From NCBI GenBank assembly GCA_963733395.1, contig CAVTCZ010000002.1:18981-82980 (forward strand): a stretch of DNA of 64,000 nt, in the 5' to 3' direction. This DNA is from an uncultured Actinomycetota bacterium. Lineage in GTDB: Bacteria; Actinomycetota; Actinomycetes; S36-B12; UBA10799. Under the pieces are notes generated by a model. It made no database searches, had not been told where the DNA came from, and worked only from the letters and a program-made list of their open reading frames with translations. The translations under genes were made by a program, and so were the position numbers. The number at the start of each line of letters is the position of its first letter. Positions within the stretch are counted from its first letter, which is position 1. Below, piece by piece: positions 49,611-60,409 of the stretch.

Positions 49611-50175
49611 CGGCGACATCCGCCGGGAGGTCGAGGGGGGTCGGGTAGGCCTCGATCCCTATGAGCCCGGCATGGTCCAGCCGTCCAGCATCGACGTGCG
49701 GCTCGACCGGTTCTTCCGGGTGTTCGAGAACCACCGGTACCCCTACATCGATCCGTCGGCGGAGCAGTCGGAGTTGACCCGCATGGTCGAGTCCGCGCCC
49801 GACGAGCCGTTCATCCTGCACCCGGGCGAGTTCGTGCTCGCCTCCACGTACGAGGTGATCACCCTGCCCGACGACGTCGCCGGCCGGCTGGAGGGGAAGT
49901 CCTCGCTGGGCCGGCTCGGCCTGCTGACCCACTCGACGGCCGGTTTCATCGACCCGGGCTTCTCCGGGCACGTGACCCTGGAGTTGTCCAACGTGGCGAC
50001 GCTGCCGATCAAGCTGTGGCCGGGGATGAAGATCGGCCAGTTGTGCCTGTTCCGGCTGGAGTCGGCCGCCGAGCACCCCTACGGTTCCGAGGTGTACGGC
50101 TCGCGCTACCAGGGTCAGCGGGGGCCGACGCCAAGCCGCTCGTACCTCAACTTCCACCGGACCGATATCTCCTGA
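49597..50175 (+). CDS. dcd: dCTP deaminase
   Basis: MLLSDGDIR.., ..[10 protein letters not shown].., ..[32 protein letters not shown].. Confidence 0.92.
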   Translation: MLLSDGDIRREVEGGRVGLDPYEPGMVQPSSIDVRLDRFFRVFENHRYPYIDPSAEQSELTRMVESAPDEPFILHPGEFVLASTYEVITLPDDVAGRLEGKSSLGRLGLLTHSTAGFIDPGFSGHVTLELSNVATLPIKLWPGMKIGQLCLFRLESAAEHPYGSEVYGSRYQGQRGPTPSRSYLNFHRTDIS

Positions 50176-50334
50176 GCCACGGTGGCGTTCGTCACCCTTG
50201 GCCTCGATCGCGGTCGCCGCGACGGTGGTCAAGTTACACTGAAGTGGCGTTCGGCGATCATTCGCGCCGGACGCAGCAACCCGCGGTGCCCGACAGCGAT
50301 GGGCGCTGCCGACGAAGGAACTAGATTAGCCACC

Positions 50335-51250
50335 ATGTCGATCGACAACGAGACCTCCCGGGTGCTCGACGCCCTCGAGGCCGAAGCCATCTGGGTCTTC
50401 CGGGAAACCGCCGCGGCCTTCGAGCGCCCGGTGCTGCTGTACAGCATCGGCAAGGACTCGACGGTGCTGCTGCACCTGGCCCGCAAGGCTTTCCACCCCG
50501 GCCCCATCCCCTTCCCCGTGATGCACATCGACACCGGCTGGAAGTTCCGCGAGATGTACGAGTTGCGCGACCGGACCGCCAAGGAGCTCGGCCTCGACCT
50601 GCGGCTGGCGACCAACCAGGAAGCCCGTGACGCCGGGCGTGACCCCGTTCAGCCACGGAGCGCAGGAGTTCACCCGGATCATGAAGACGGTGGCCCTGCG
50701 GGCCGCCCTCGACGCCGGGCAGTACGACATCGCGGTCGGCGGCGCCCGCCGCGACGAGGAGCGCAGCCGCGCCAAGGAGCGGATCTTCTCGCTGCGTGAG
50801 GCCGGCCACCGCTGGGAGCCGCGCAACCAGCGTCCGGAGTTCTGGCACACGGTGAACAATGCGTTGACCGACGGCCAGACCATGCGGGTGTTCCCGCTGT
50901 CCAACTGGTCCGAGCTCGACATCTGGCGCTACGTCGCCCGGGAGAACCTCGAGGTGGTCCCGCTGTACTTCACGCAGGAGCGGCCCGTGGTCGAGCGGCA
51001 GGGCGCCCTGATCATGGTCGATGACGACCGGATGGAGTTCGAGCCCGGTGAGGAACCCCAGATGCGCCGGGTGCGGTTCCGGTCGCTGGGCGACTAGCCC
51101 CTGTCGGGCGCGGTCGAGGGCGAAGCAGCCGACGTCTACGACATCATCCGCGACATCGAGGTGAACCGGCAGTCCGAGCGGGCCGGCCGACTCATCGACG
51201 GCGAAGGCGCGCAGTCGATGGAGCGCAAGAAGGCGGAGGGCTACTTCTGA
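50335..51250 (+). CDS. cysD: Sulfate adenylyltransferase subunit 2 (CysD), one +1 frameshift (~50637) and an in-frame TAG at 51095-51097
   Basis: ..[31 protein letters not shown].., ..[18 protein letters not shown].., ..[34 protein letters not shown]. The stop overlaps the cysN ATG (TGATG). Confidence 0.88.
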
Positions 51251-53094
51251 TGAAGGCACTGATCCGAGTAGTCGTCTGCGGCTCCGTGGACGACGGCAAG
51301 AGCACCCTGCTGGGCCGCCTGCTCGCCGAGACCGGTTCCATCCCCGAGGACCAGCTCGAGTCTGCGCGGTTCACCCGCCGTCCGGGTTCGACGATCCCGG
51401 TCGGGGAGATCGACTACAGCCTGGTGACCGACGGCCTGGAGGCCGAACGTGAGCAGGGCATCACCATCGACGTGGCCTACCGCCACCTGATGCTGCCCAG
51501 CCGCCGCCGCGCGATCCTGGCCGACGCCCCGGGCCACGAGCAGTACACCCGCAACATGGCCGTGGCGGCCTCCACCGCCGATGTCGGCATCCTGCTCATC
51601 GACGCGATGCGCGGCACCAAGCGCCAGACCCACCGGCACCTCACCGTCTGCGGCCTCATGGGCGTGCGGCACGTGGTGCTGGCGGTGAACAAGCTCGACG
51701 GCGTCGGCTACGACCAGGGCATCTACAACGAACTCGTGGCCGAGGTCTCGGATACCGCCCGCCGCATGGAGATCAAGTCCGTGATCCCGGTGCCGGTCTC
51801 CGCGCTGGTCGGGGACAACGTGCTGGCCCACTCGCCGAACACCCCCTGGTACCACGGTCCCACCCTGCTCGACGCACTCGATGCCGCCGACATCGATGAG
51901 GATCTCTCCGGTGAGGTCCGGCTGCCGGTGCAGACGATCATCCGGGGCAAGGACTTCCGCGGCTACGGCGGCCTGGTCGCGCAGGGCGCGGTCCGGGCGG
52001 GACAGCGGATCACCGTCGCGCAATCCGGTCAGCAGGCCACGATCGTCAAACTGCACGGTCTGCAGGGCTCCGAGCCCTGCGAGCCCGAGCAGGCGATCCC
52101 GGGCGAGTCGGTCACCATCGAGCTGGACAAGGACATCGACATCGCCCGTGCGGACCTGCTGGTCACCGGCGAACCGCCGCAGCTGGCCGACCGGTTCTCG
52201 GCCGATGTGGTCTGGATGAGCGATCAGCAACTCGCGCACGGCCGCTCGTACACGTTGCGGTGCGGCCCGCTCGAGGTCCCCGCCACGGTGACCAACGTCC
52301 GGCACCGGCTCGATGTGACCAACGGCAACACCATGGCCGCCCGGCTGCTGGAGATCAACGACGTCGGCCGGGTGGAGATCGCGACCTCGCGACCCGTGAC
52401 GCTGGAGTCCTACACCGATTCCCGCGAGACCGGCGGTTTCATCCTCGTCGACCGCATGACCGGCGAGACGCTGGCGGCCGGCCTCACCCGGTTCGCCCTG
52501 CGCCGTGCCACCAACGTCGTTCCGCATCACTTCGAGGTCGACCGCGAGGCCCGCGAGGTGCTCAACGGCCACCCGGCCAAGGTGCTGTGGCTGACAGGGT
52601 TCTCCGGCTCCGGCAAGTCCACCATCGCCGATGCGGTGGAACGCCGACTGCACTCGCTGGGCATCCGCTCGTTCGTGCTCGACGGTGACAACCTGCGCAG
52701 CGGTTTGAACAAGGACCTCGGCTTCACCCCCGAGGACCGGGCGGAGAACGTGCGCCGGGTGGCCGAGGTGGCCCGCCTGATGTACGACGCGGGGCAGGTC
52801 GTGATCGTCGCGCTGGTCTCGCCGTTCCGCGCCGACCGGCAGGCCGCTCGTTCGCTGTTCGGCGACGGTGAGTTCGTCGAGGCCTGGGTGGACACCCCCA
52901 TCGAGGTGGCCATGGAGCGCGACACGAAGGGCCTCTACGCGAAGTCCAAGGCCGGCTCGCTGCCCAACCTGACCGGTGTGGGTCAGTTGTACGAAGACCC
53001 GGAGAGCGCCGAATTGCACCTGCGGGGCACCGATCCCGTCGAGCAGAACGTCGACACCGTCATCGAGAAACTGCTGCCCGGCGCGGTCGTCTAG
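51250..53094 (+). CDS. cysNC: Bifunctional sulfate adenylyltransferase subunit 1 / adenylylsulfate kinase (CysNC)
   Basis: Intact 614 aa. GTPase motifs (..VVCGSVDDGKSTL.., ..DAPGHEQY.., ..NKLD..) and a C-terminal APS kinase (..LWLTGFSGSGKSTIA..). Confidence 0.93.
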   Translation: MKALIRVVVCGSVDDGKSTLLGRLLAETGSIPEDQLESARFTRRPGSTIPVGEIDYSLVTDGLEAEREQGITIDVAYRHLMLPSRRRAILADAPGHEQYTRNMAVAASTADVGILLIDAMRGTKRQTHRHLTVCGLMGVRHVVLAVNKLDGVGYDQGIYNELVAEVSDTARRMEIKSVIPVPVSALVGDNVLAHSPNTPWYHGPTLLDALDAADIDEDLSGEVRLPVQTIIRGKDFRGYGGLVAQGAVRAGQRITVAQSGQQATIVKLHGLQGSEPCEPEQAIPGESVTIELDKDIDIARADLLVTGEPPQLADRFSADVVWMSDQQLAHGRSYTLRCGPLEVPATVTNVRHRLDVTNGNTMAARLLEINDVGRVEIATSRPVTLESYTDSRETGGFILVDRMTGETLAAGLTRFALRRATNVVPHHFEVDREAREVLNGHPAKVLWLTGFSGSGKSTIADAVERRLHSLGIRSFVLDGDNLRSGLNKDLGFTPEDRAENVRRVAEVARLMYDAGQVVIVALVSPFRADRQAARSLFGDGEFVEAWVDTPIEVAMERDTKGLYAKSKAGSLPNLTGVGQLYEDPESAELHLRGTDPVEQNVDTVIEKLLPGAVV

Positions 53095-53132
53095 ACGTAG
53101 CACCGGGCGCCGCGGTTGCCTAGCCTGGAAGG

Positions 53133-55272
53133 GTGACGCAGGCGCTGTTCTCACTGGACGGCCCCCGACCGCTGTCGACGCGGGCGCGGGTCTGGGGCGC
53201 CGTGATCATCGGTGGGTATGTCAGCGGTGGTGCTGATCGCCTTCTTCAGGGCCCCCATGACCCTGGACCAACTGCCCGCGTTCGCGTTGGCGCACGCACT
53301 GATCTCCGCCTTCATCAGTGGCGTGACCGCACTGTTGATGCTCAGCCACGCCCGCAGCACCGGTCGTCGCGGCTATCTCATGATCGGCGGGACGTTCTTG
53401 TACTTGTGCGGGGTCCTGCTGTTCTTCCCGCTCTACTTCCCGGGAGCCATCGTGGCCGGGGAGCGCATCTGGGGAGGGCCGTACAGCGCGCTCAACCTCT
53501 ACTACGCGTGGCACTTCGCCTTCCCCATCGGAGTGAGCATCTCGGCCCTGCTCATCTACTTCGACCAGCGCAGTCACCGCCGCCCGGGATTGAGCAGCAA
53601 GCAGATGTGGATGGGGGTCGGGCTCTCGCTGCTCGGGGTGGTCGTCACGCTGCTGGTGGTTTCGAGGATTCCCGGCGTGGCGCCGAACCTGGCCAACGCC
53701 GACGGGGACAAGAACCTCGGGGCACAGCACCGCCGATGCGGTGCTTGTGGCGCTGTGTCTGGGCTGCGTGGCGATCACGGGGTACTGCGCGCGCAACGGT
53801 TCGCTGATCGGCCGGTGGCTGGTCGCGCTGGCGTTGTTGATCCTCGGTGAGTCCGTCGTCAATCTGAATTCTCCGACCGGTTCACCGCGGGTTGGTACTA
53901 CAGCCGGTTGCTATGGCTGACGGCAGTCGCGGCACTGCTGGTGGCGCTGATCTGGAACCTCTCGCGCATCGATCGGGCCAACAGCGAACTGGCTTCGGTG
54001 GACTCCCTGACCGGCGCCGAGTCCCGCATCAGCCTGCTCGACACCATGCACCGCGAGATCGCCCGTGTCCGCGAGGCGGGCGGTCAGATTGCGTTGTTGT
54101 GGCTGGACCTCGACGGGTTCAAAGGGATCAACGACCAGTTGGGACACCAAGTCGGGGACGACGTCCTGCGACAGGTGGTGGAACGGCTCGCGCATCAGGT
54201 CCGTCGCGGCGATCACGTCGGACGCCTCGGCGGTGACGAGTTCGGCGTCCTGTTGTGCGACGACGTCCAGCCGGCCCGCGTCAACGCGGTCGCCGACCGA
54301 CTGCTGGCCAGCATTCGCGAGCCGATCCACAGCGGGGAGAGCACTCTGCACGTCACGGCCGCGATCGGGATCGCCGCCGCGCCCGCGGATGCCCGCCGGG
54401 CTGAGGACCTCTTGCTGTGCGCGGATCTGGCCATGTATGCCGCCAAGAACCGTGGCGGTGACCGCTATGAACCGTTCAACGCCGACATCGGTACCGAAGC
54501 CGTCGCAAAGGCGCGACTGCGCCATGACTTGGCCAGCGCGCTGCGGCAGGGGGAGTTCTGCCTGTACTACCAGCCCATCTACGAGGCCGACGGGAAGCGT
54601 ATGGCCGGGGTCGAGGTGTTGGTGCGGTGGCTGCGGGACGGGGTTGCCGTCCCGGCGGGGGAATTCATCCCCTTCGCCGAGCAGTCCGGACAGATCATCG
54701 CCCTCGGCCGCATCGTGCTGCGCCAGCTCGCCCACGAACTGCCCCGGTGGTTCGCCTCCCATGACGACGACTTCTTCGTGTGCGTCAACCTGTCGGTCAA
54801 GGAACTCGCCGATGCCCCACTGGTCGACGATCTGATCTCCGAGCCCTTCCTGCAGCGGCCGTCGCAACTCGTGGTGGAGGTCACCGAGTCGCTGGAGTTG
54901 CAGGACACGTCGGAGGCCGAGACCAACCTCGGGCGCCTGCGCGCCGCCGGCTTCCGGATCGCCATCGACGACTTCGGCGCCGGCTTCTCCAATTTCACCC
55001 GGTTGGAACACCTGAAGCCGTCGTTGTTGAAGATCGATCGCAGCCTCGTGCGCCGGGCCGGCAGCGAGCACGAAGGCGGCGTGGCCTTCCTCACCGCGGC
55101 GACCAGCGTGGCGGCCTCGCTCAACTGCGACGTCGTGGCCGAGGGGGTGGAGACGCCGGCCGAGGCGCAGGTGGTGGAACTGCTGGGCGTGCGCTACGTG
55201 CAGGGCTTCCGCTACGCCGAACCGGCCCCGATCGAGGCGTACCTCGAGACGTCAGTGGGTCCCTGGGAGTAG
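53133..55272 (+). pseudogene. Membrane-sensor GGDEF-EAL protein, two to three frameshifts as assembled (~53215?, ~53715, ~53868)
   Basis: A hydrophobic N-terminal domain is spread over three frames. It is followed by an intact GGDEF domain (..RLGGDEFGVLL..) and EAL domain (..VVEVTESLEL.., ..IAIDDFGAGFSN.., ..KIDRSLV..). The N-terminus is uncertain (53133 GTG or 53218 ATG). Confidence 0.8.
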
Positions 55273-55334
55273 CTCGGCCCCCGGGACTGCTCCTGTGACG
55301 AAGTCGCACGGACACGCCGGGCGGATCCTTGGGG

Positions 55335-55865
55335 TCAGTGCAACGGGACGAGTTGGCAGCTCGATCGTCGTACCGGATCCCCCGCGGCACCCGGGATCCA
55401 CCGGGCGAATCCGGACACGGCACCCGCCCGGCCGCAGCTACTTCGGCGCGGCCCGGGTGCGTAGATGGCGCCCGCGGTGCCCGCAGACAGGTCGTCCACG
55501 TCGACGATCTCCTTGCCCAGCGGGGCCAGGGCGATGGGGATCATCTGGAAGGAACCGATCCCCCACGGGATACCGATGATGGTGATGCACAGGATCACGC
55601 CCACGATCGCGTGCACCACAGCGATCCACAGCCCGGCGAAGATGAACCATAGGACGTTTGCGATGCAGGTGCCGGGGATCTTGTCCTGCTTGGGCACCAC
55701 CGCGCGACCGAACGGCCACAGGGCGTAGTTGGCCATCCGGAAGGCGCCGATCGCCCAGGGGATCGTGATGATGAAGATGAACATGATGATCCCGGCCACC
55801 GCGTAGATCAGGGCCAGCCAGATCCCCGCCAGAAGAAGCCACAGGATGTTGCCGATTGTGCGCAT
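55335..55865 (-). CDS. YccF-domain inner-membrane protein
   Basis: Two YccF repeats (..GNILWLLLAGIWLAL..IPWAIGAFR.. and ..NVLWFIFAGLWIAV..IPWGIGSFQ..). The ~50-aa non-hydrophobic tail may be read-through. Confidence 0.75.
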   Translation of the reverse strand: MRTIGNILWLLLAGIWLALIYAVAGIIMFIFIITIPWAIGAFRMANYALWPFGRAVVPKQDKIPGTCIANVLWFIFAGLWIAVVHAIVGVILCITIIGIPWGIGSFQMIPIALAPLGKEIVDVDDLSAGTAGAIYAPGPRRSSCGRAGAVSGFARWIPGAAGDPVRRSSCQLVPLH

Positions 55866-56014
55866 GTGCCCACACTAGGCCCGCCAGGAGCCGCATTTCT
55901 GGGCGGCTGAGTCCCCCACGGCCCGGAGCCCGAATGCCACACCGTTCTCAGGGCCGCGGACGGCACAATCGGGCGCGACGTCCGGCCTCGCGCCCGATTA
56001 TGGGGAGGATGCGG

Positions 56015-58261
56015 TCAGTGCTTGACCGCATCCAGCAGCATGATCGCCACGTCCTTGACCTGGACGTTCTCGCCGGCGGCCCCCTCGGACTGCCGTGCGG
56101 TCACGCCGTCGCTGATCATCACGTTGCAGAACGGGCAGCCCACGGCGACCGTGGTCGCGCCGGTGCCCAGCGCCTCGTCGGTGCGGTTCATGTTGACGCG
56201 GGATCCCAGCGTCTCCTCCATCCACATCCGGGCGCCACCGGCGCCGCAGCAGAAGGACCGCTCGGCACTGCGCTCCATCTCGACCAGGGTCACCCCTGGC
56301 ACGCCCGCCACGAGTTCGCGCGGCGGCACGTAGATCTGGTTGTGCCGGCCCAGGTAGCAGGGGTCGTGGTAGGTGACCTTCTCGTCCACGTGCTTGACCG
56401 GGGTGAGCCGGCCGTCGTCGACGAGCTTGGCCAGCAACTGGGTGTGGTGGACGACCTCGTACTCGCCGCCGACCTGCGGGTACTCGCGGCCGATGGTGTT
56501 GAGGCAGTGCGGGCAGGTGACGACGATCTTGCGCGCCTTGATCTCGTTGAGCATCTCGACGTTCTGCATGGCCTGCATCTGGAAGAGGAACTCGTTGCCC
56601 GCACGCCGCACCGGGTCACCGGTGCAGGTCTCGCCCTCGCCCAGGACCATGTACTTGACGCCGGCCTCGTTGAGCAGTTCGGCGACGGCCTTGGTGGTGG
56701 CCTTCGCGCGGTCCTCGTAGGCGCCGGCGCAGCCGACCCAGAACAGGTACTCGACGTCGGCGGGGATCTCGTCCTCGCCTTCCATCCCGAAGACGGGAAC
56801 CTCGAAGTCCACTTCCTCGATCCAGGCGTTGCGCAGGGAGGCGTTCATGCCCCACGGGTTGCCCTTCTGCTCCACGTTCTTGAACAGGCCGCCGAGTTCG
56901 GCCGGGAACTCCGACTCGATCATGACCTGGTTGCGGCGCATGTCGACGAAGTGGTCGATGTGCTCGATGTCGACCGGGCACTGCTCGACGCAGGCGCCGC
57001 ACGTGGTGCAGGACCACAGGGCGTCGGTGTCGATGACCGGGCCCTCGTGACTGCGGTGGCCGGCGGCGTCGTAACCGTCGGTCTCGCGGAGCTCGTCGAA
57101 ATCACGCTCGCCGACCAGCGGCCGCTGGACCTCGGCGGCGACCTTCTCGCCGACCTTGGCCAGGACCTCCTCGTTGCGCTCGCCCATCTCGTCGGGCTTG
57201 CCCGCGCCGGCGGTGGCCAGCAGGTAAGGGGTGGACGCGAACAGGTGGTCGCGCAGGTCCATGATCATGAGTTTGGGGCTCAGTGGCTTCTCGGTGTTCC
57301 AGGCGGGGCACTGGCTCTGGCAGCGGCCACATTCGGTACACGTGGCCATGTCGAGCATGCCCTTCCACGTGAAGTCCTCGATGCGCCCGCGACCGAAGAT
57401 CGCGTCCTCGGCCGGGTCCTCGAAGTCGATCTTCTCGGTGCCCGAGTACATCGGCAGCAGCGGGCCGAGGGCGTTCGGCTGCCGCTTGGCACCGACGTTG
57501 ATCGGGGCCAGGAAGATGTGCAGGTGCTTACTGTGCAGCACGAGGATCAGGAAGCCGAAGATGACCCCGAGGTTCACCAGCAGGAACACGGTCTCGATCC
57601 ACTCGTTGGCTGCCAGGCCCAAGGGGTACAGGATGCCTGCCAGCCAGTCGGTGGCGAAGGCGCCACCGGACTCGTGGAAGGGGAAGGCCTGCACGTACTC
57701 GCCCTCCTCGAGGGTGTACTCGGAGACGTTGAACTGTGCCGCCCGGGACACCCACAGCGTCCAGACGACGGTGAAGATCATGAACAGGACCAGCCAGGCG
57801 GCACCGGTGTGTGAGCCGAAGAACCGCGAGTAGCGGCCCTGCTTGGCGGGCTGGGTGCGCAGCCGGATGATCGCGAAGATCGCGAGGCCGACGATGACCA
57901 GCACGATGAAGAGGTCCTCGATGAAACCGATGATCGGCCAGCGTCCGATGAACGGGATCGCGAATTCCTGGGATATGAACACCGCGCCGAGGGTCTCGAT
58001 GATGGTCAGGATGAGGAAGATGAAGCCCCACATCGCGAACACGTGCGCAGTACCCGGCACGGTCCACTTCAGCAGTTTCTTCTGGCCGAGCACCTCGGTG
58101 GCTTGGCTCTCCAGCGCGGCCGGCCGGCTCTCGGGGCGATCGACCGTCTTCTGGCCGGACGTGATCAGTTTGAACAACGTCAGCGCCCGCTTTCCGGCGA
58201 GCACGACCACGGCGACGACGAGCAACAATCCGATGATGAGGCGGATAGTCATGTGATCCAT
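56015..58261 (-). CDS. Membrane-anchored iron-sulfur oxidoreductase (heterodisulfide-reductase/GlpC-like; Rv0338c-like)
   Basis: Intact 748 aa. N-terminal TM bundle, two 4Fe-4S motifs (..CTECGRCQSQCP.., ..CTTCGACVEQCP..) and CCG-type Cys repeats (..VTCPHC.., ..CCGAGG..). Confidence 0.85.
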   Translation of the reverse strand: MDHMTIRLIIGLLLVVAVVVLAGKRALTLFKLITSGQKTVDRPESRPAALESQATEVLGQKKLLKWTVPGTAHVFAMWGFIFLILTIIETLGAVFISQEFAIPFIGRWPIIGFIEDLFIVLVIVGLAIFAIIRLRTQPAKQGRYSRFFGSHTGAAWLVLFMIFTVVWTLWVSRAAQFNVSEYTLEEGEYVQAFPFHESGGAFATDWLAGILYPLGLAANEWIETVFLLVNLGVIFGFLILVLHSKHLHIFLAPINVGAKRQPNALGPLLPMYSGTEKIDFEDPAEDAIFGRGRIEDFTWKGMLDMATCTECGRCQSQCPAWNTEKPLSPKLMIMDLRDHLFASTPYLLATAGAGKPDEMGERNEEVLAKVGEKVAAEVQRPLVGERDFDELRETDGYDAAGHRSHEGPVIDTDALWSCTTCGACVEQCPVDIEHIDHFVDMRRNQVMIESEFPAELGGLFKNVEQKGNPWGMNASLRNAWIEEVDFEVPVFGMEGEDEIPADVEYLFWVGCAGAYEDRAKATTKAVAELLNEAGVKYMVLGEGETCTGDPVRRAGNEFLFQMQAMQNVEMLNEIKARKIVVTCPHCLNTIGREYPQVGGEYEVVHHTQLLAKLVDDGRLTPVKHVDEKVTYHDPCYLGRHNQIYVPPRELVAGVPGVTLVEMERSAERSFCCGAGGARMWMEETLGSRVNMNRTDEALGTGATTVAVGCPFCNVMISDGVTARQSEGAAGENVQVKDVAIMLLDAVKH

Positions 58262-58317
58262 ACAGACCTCCCAGCCTCATACTACTGGCGAGTAACTTGC
58301 ATGCCCTGCTGGGGCTG

Positions 58318-59353
58318 TCAGCGCCCGGCAGTGACCGAAACGGGGGTGGCTGCGGCACTGCGGGCCAGAACCGAGTGCGGTTCGGTGACCCACTCCGGTG
58401 CCGTGAACAGGGTCTTGGCGAGGGGCAGGTTGTGCAGCCCCAGCGCCAAGGCGGCGACGCCACCGGTCACGACCAGGGGGAACAGCGCCTGCACCCAGAT
58501 CGCGGTCAAGAAGCTGCCCGGGATCAGGGCGACCACGAACAACACCGGCCACTGCACCACGTAGATGGGCAGGGTGCGGGCACCGACGTAGCGGGCCCAT
58601 CCGGGTGCGCCGTCGCGGGTGATCTGCACGGCCAGGCTCACCCCGAAGGCGACCCAGAGGATGCTCAGCGGGAGGTAGCTCTGACCGATGGCTTCGGGGG
58701 TGTACAGCCAGATCCAGCCGGCCCCGGCGGACAGCACCGCCGAGCACGATCGTGTGCGGCCAGCGGGTTCGCGCGGCCACATCGCCGACGAGGTCCTTGA
58801 AGTAGGCGCCGATCAGGAAGAACCCGAGGTTCATCGTCATGGACGTGTACAGCGAGCCCGGGACGAGCCCGCCGAAGAACTCGTCGGTGAAGGGGCGCAG
58901 CAGGTTGAGCACGAGGGCCCCGGCCACCACGGCCCACGCGGGCTGGTTGCGCAGGAGGCGGGCGATGACGAAGAACAGCGCCATCGCGTAGAGGTACCAG
59001 TAGCCGGACTTGGCGAAGAGGATCGAACCGAGGGGGTCGCTGTGGCTGGCTCCGAGTAGAGCGGTGAAGCCGAAGAACACCAGCATCCACACGACGTACA
59101 GGTAGACCATGCCCAGCGTGCGGTTGGTGGTGGCCCGCCAGGGCCGATGGACGGCTGATGCGGCGAGCATGCCCGAGACGAGGAAGAACACCGGCATCCG
59201 CAGTGGCTCGACGAGGTGGTTGAAGGTCAGCAGGGCGGTGGTCACCCAGGTGGGCCCACCGAGATCCACGAGCGTGTTGGACGCGTGCATGAAGACCACC
59301 AGCAGCACGGAGGACGCCTTCACCAGGTCGATCCACTCGATGCGGCTCTTCAC
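58318..59353 (-). CDS. Acyltransferase family 3 membrane protein, one +1 frameshift near 58740
   Basis: VKSRIEWIDLVKASSVLLVVFMHA.. (typical AT3 start) and ..MPVFFLVSGML.. The C-terminal TM segments lie in the adjacent frame. Confidence 0.8.
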
Positions 59354-59411
59354 ATGCCCTGCATACCCGGTGCGGCGGCCCCGGTAAACGTGACGTCGGA
59401 CACGTCGGCGA

Positions 59412-59443
59412 AACTTCGCGCCGATTCCGGCCATCGGTGGCCG
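59412..59443. repeat. 32-nt direct repeat / hairpin element, left copy
   Basis: AACTTCGCGCCGATTCCGGCCATCGGTGGCCG is identical to 60410-60441. Partial similarity continues for ~16 more nt. The element is internally palindromic (AAACTTCG..CGAAGTTT, CCGATTCCGGCC..GGCCGATTTCGG). Confidence 0.85.
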
Positions 59444-59537
59444 ATTTCGGCCCGAAGTTTGTGGAAACTGGCGCGAGGCCGTCCACAACCTGCTTTCGCG
59501 ACGCCCGGCTGCCAATTCGGGCGACCACGGTGGACGT

Positions 59538-60407
59538 ATGGATGCGATCTTCGGGCTTGCCGGCGGACAGGACGGACTCTTCACAGTGCGGCAAGCCGTC
59601 CTGGCCGGTGTTTCGGAACGCACGCTGCGACGGTGGCGGGCACGTGGTGCCCTGGATGACCTCGGGGGCGGCGTTCTGGCACTGCCGGGCCTGTCCATGG
59701 ATCTGCGGGTCCAGTCCCGGGCGCTGGCACTTCGGCACCCCTGGGTGATCTTGACCGGTCCCAGCGCCGCCGAGTTCTTGGACATCGGACTGCTCAAGGA
59801 CGTGGACCGGGTGCCCTGGGTGGTTGCCGATCGGAAGGTCCGCGGGCATGCTGTGGTGCTGCGCCATCCCCGGCACAGCCACCTGATTCGCGAGGATCTG
59901 GCACTGGCGAGGCCGCGACAGGCATTGCTCGACTGCCTCCGGCGACTTCCCCGCAGCCAGGCCCAGGACCTGGCGGCGAGGGGTCTGCAGACCGGGCTGC
60001 TGACCCTGGAAGGGCTCAGCCGAGAGGTCGAGGCGATCAAGGGCTGTCATGGCAACGGACAACTGCGGGCACTGCTCCGCCGTTACTCGAAGGGCTCGCC
60101 GGAGGAGTCCGAACGGCGGTTCGCGGCCCTCATGCGGTCAGCGGGAATCCGTGGGTGGCGTCGCAACGTGAAGACGGTGCTGCCTGGGTACGGACCGACG
60201 GAGCTGGATGCGGTCTTCGACTGGTGCCGCTTGGTGGTGGAGGTCGACGGTTGGGAGTTCCACGTCAACAGGGAGCAGTTTCGCAAGGACCGGCGCAAAC
60301 ATAATGCGCTGATGGCACTCGGGTGGAATACCTTGCGGTTCACCTGGGAGGACCTGATCGACGACCCGCAATACGTGATCGACCAGGTCCGCGCGTACAC
60401 CGGGTGA
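59538..60407 (+). CDS. DUF559 (Vsr-like endonuclease fold) domain protein with an AbiEi-like N-terminus
   Basis: ..GLFTVRQAVLAGVSERTLRRW.. at the N-terminus. The C-terminal region is ..ESERRFAALMRSAGI..ELDAVFDWCRLVVEVDGWEFH..R..D..R.N.L...GW..LRFTW.DL.. Confidence 0.75.
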   Translation: MDAIFGLAGGQDGLFTVRQAVLAGVSERTLRRWRARGALDDLGGGVLALPGLSMDLRVQSRALALRHPWVILTGPSAAEFLDIGLLKDVDRVPWVVADRKVRGHAVVLRHPRHSHLIREDLALARPRQALLDCLRRLPRSQAQDLAARGLQTGLLTLEGLSREVEAIKGCHGNGQLRALLRRYSKGSPEESERRFAALMRSAGIRGWRRNVKTVLPGYGPTELDAVFDWCRLVVEVDGWEFHVNREQFRKDRRKHNALMALGWNTLRFTWEDLIDDPQYVIDQVRAYTG

Positions 60408-60409
60408 GG

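Noticed and set aside
51095-51097. The in-frame TAG in cysD as a recoded codon (pyrrolysine or suppressor read-through)
   Set aside because: There are no pyl genes or context here. The position aligns with a conserved Tyr, so a single-base TAC/TAT to TAG change or a sequencing error is far more likely.
51241-53154. 637-aa minus-strand ORF opposite cysNC, and the similar ORFs 55856-57814 (+), 30278-31885 (-), 33432-35063 (-) and 62147-63983 (-)
   Set aside because: All are antisense shadows of strongly supported genes, and none has a recognisable motif.
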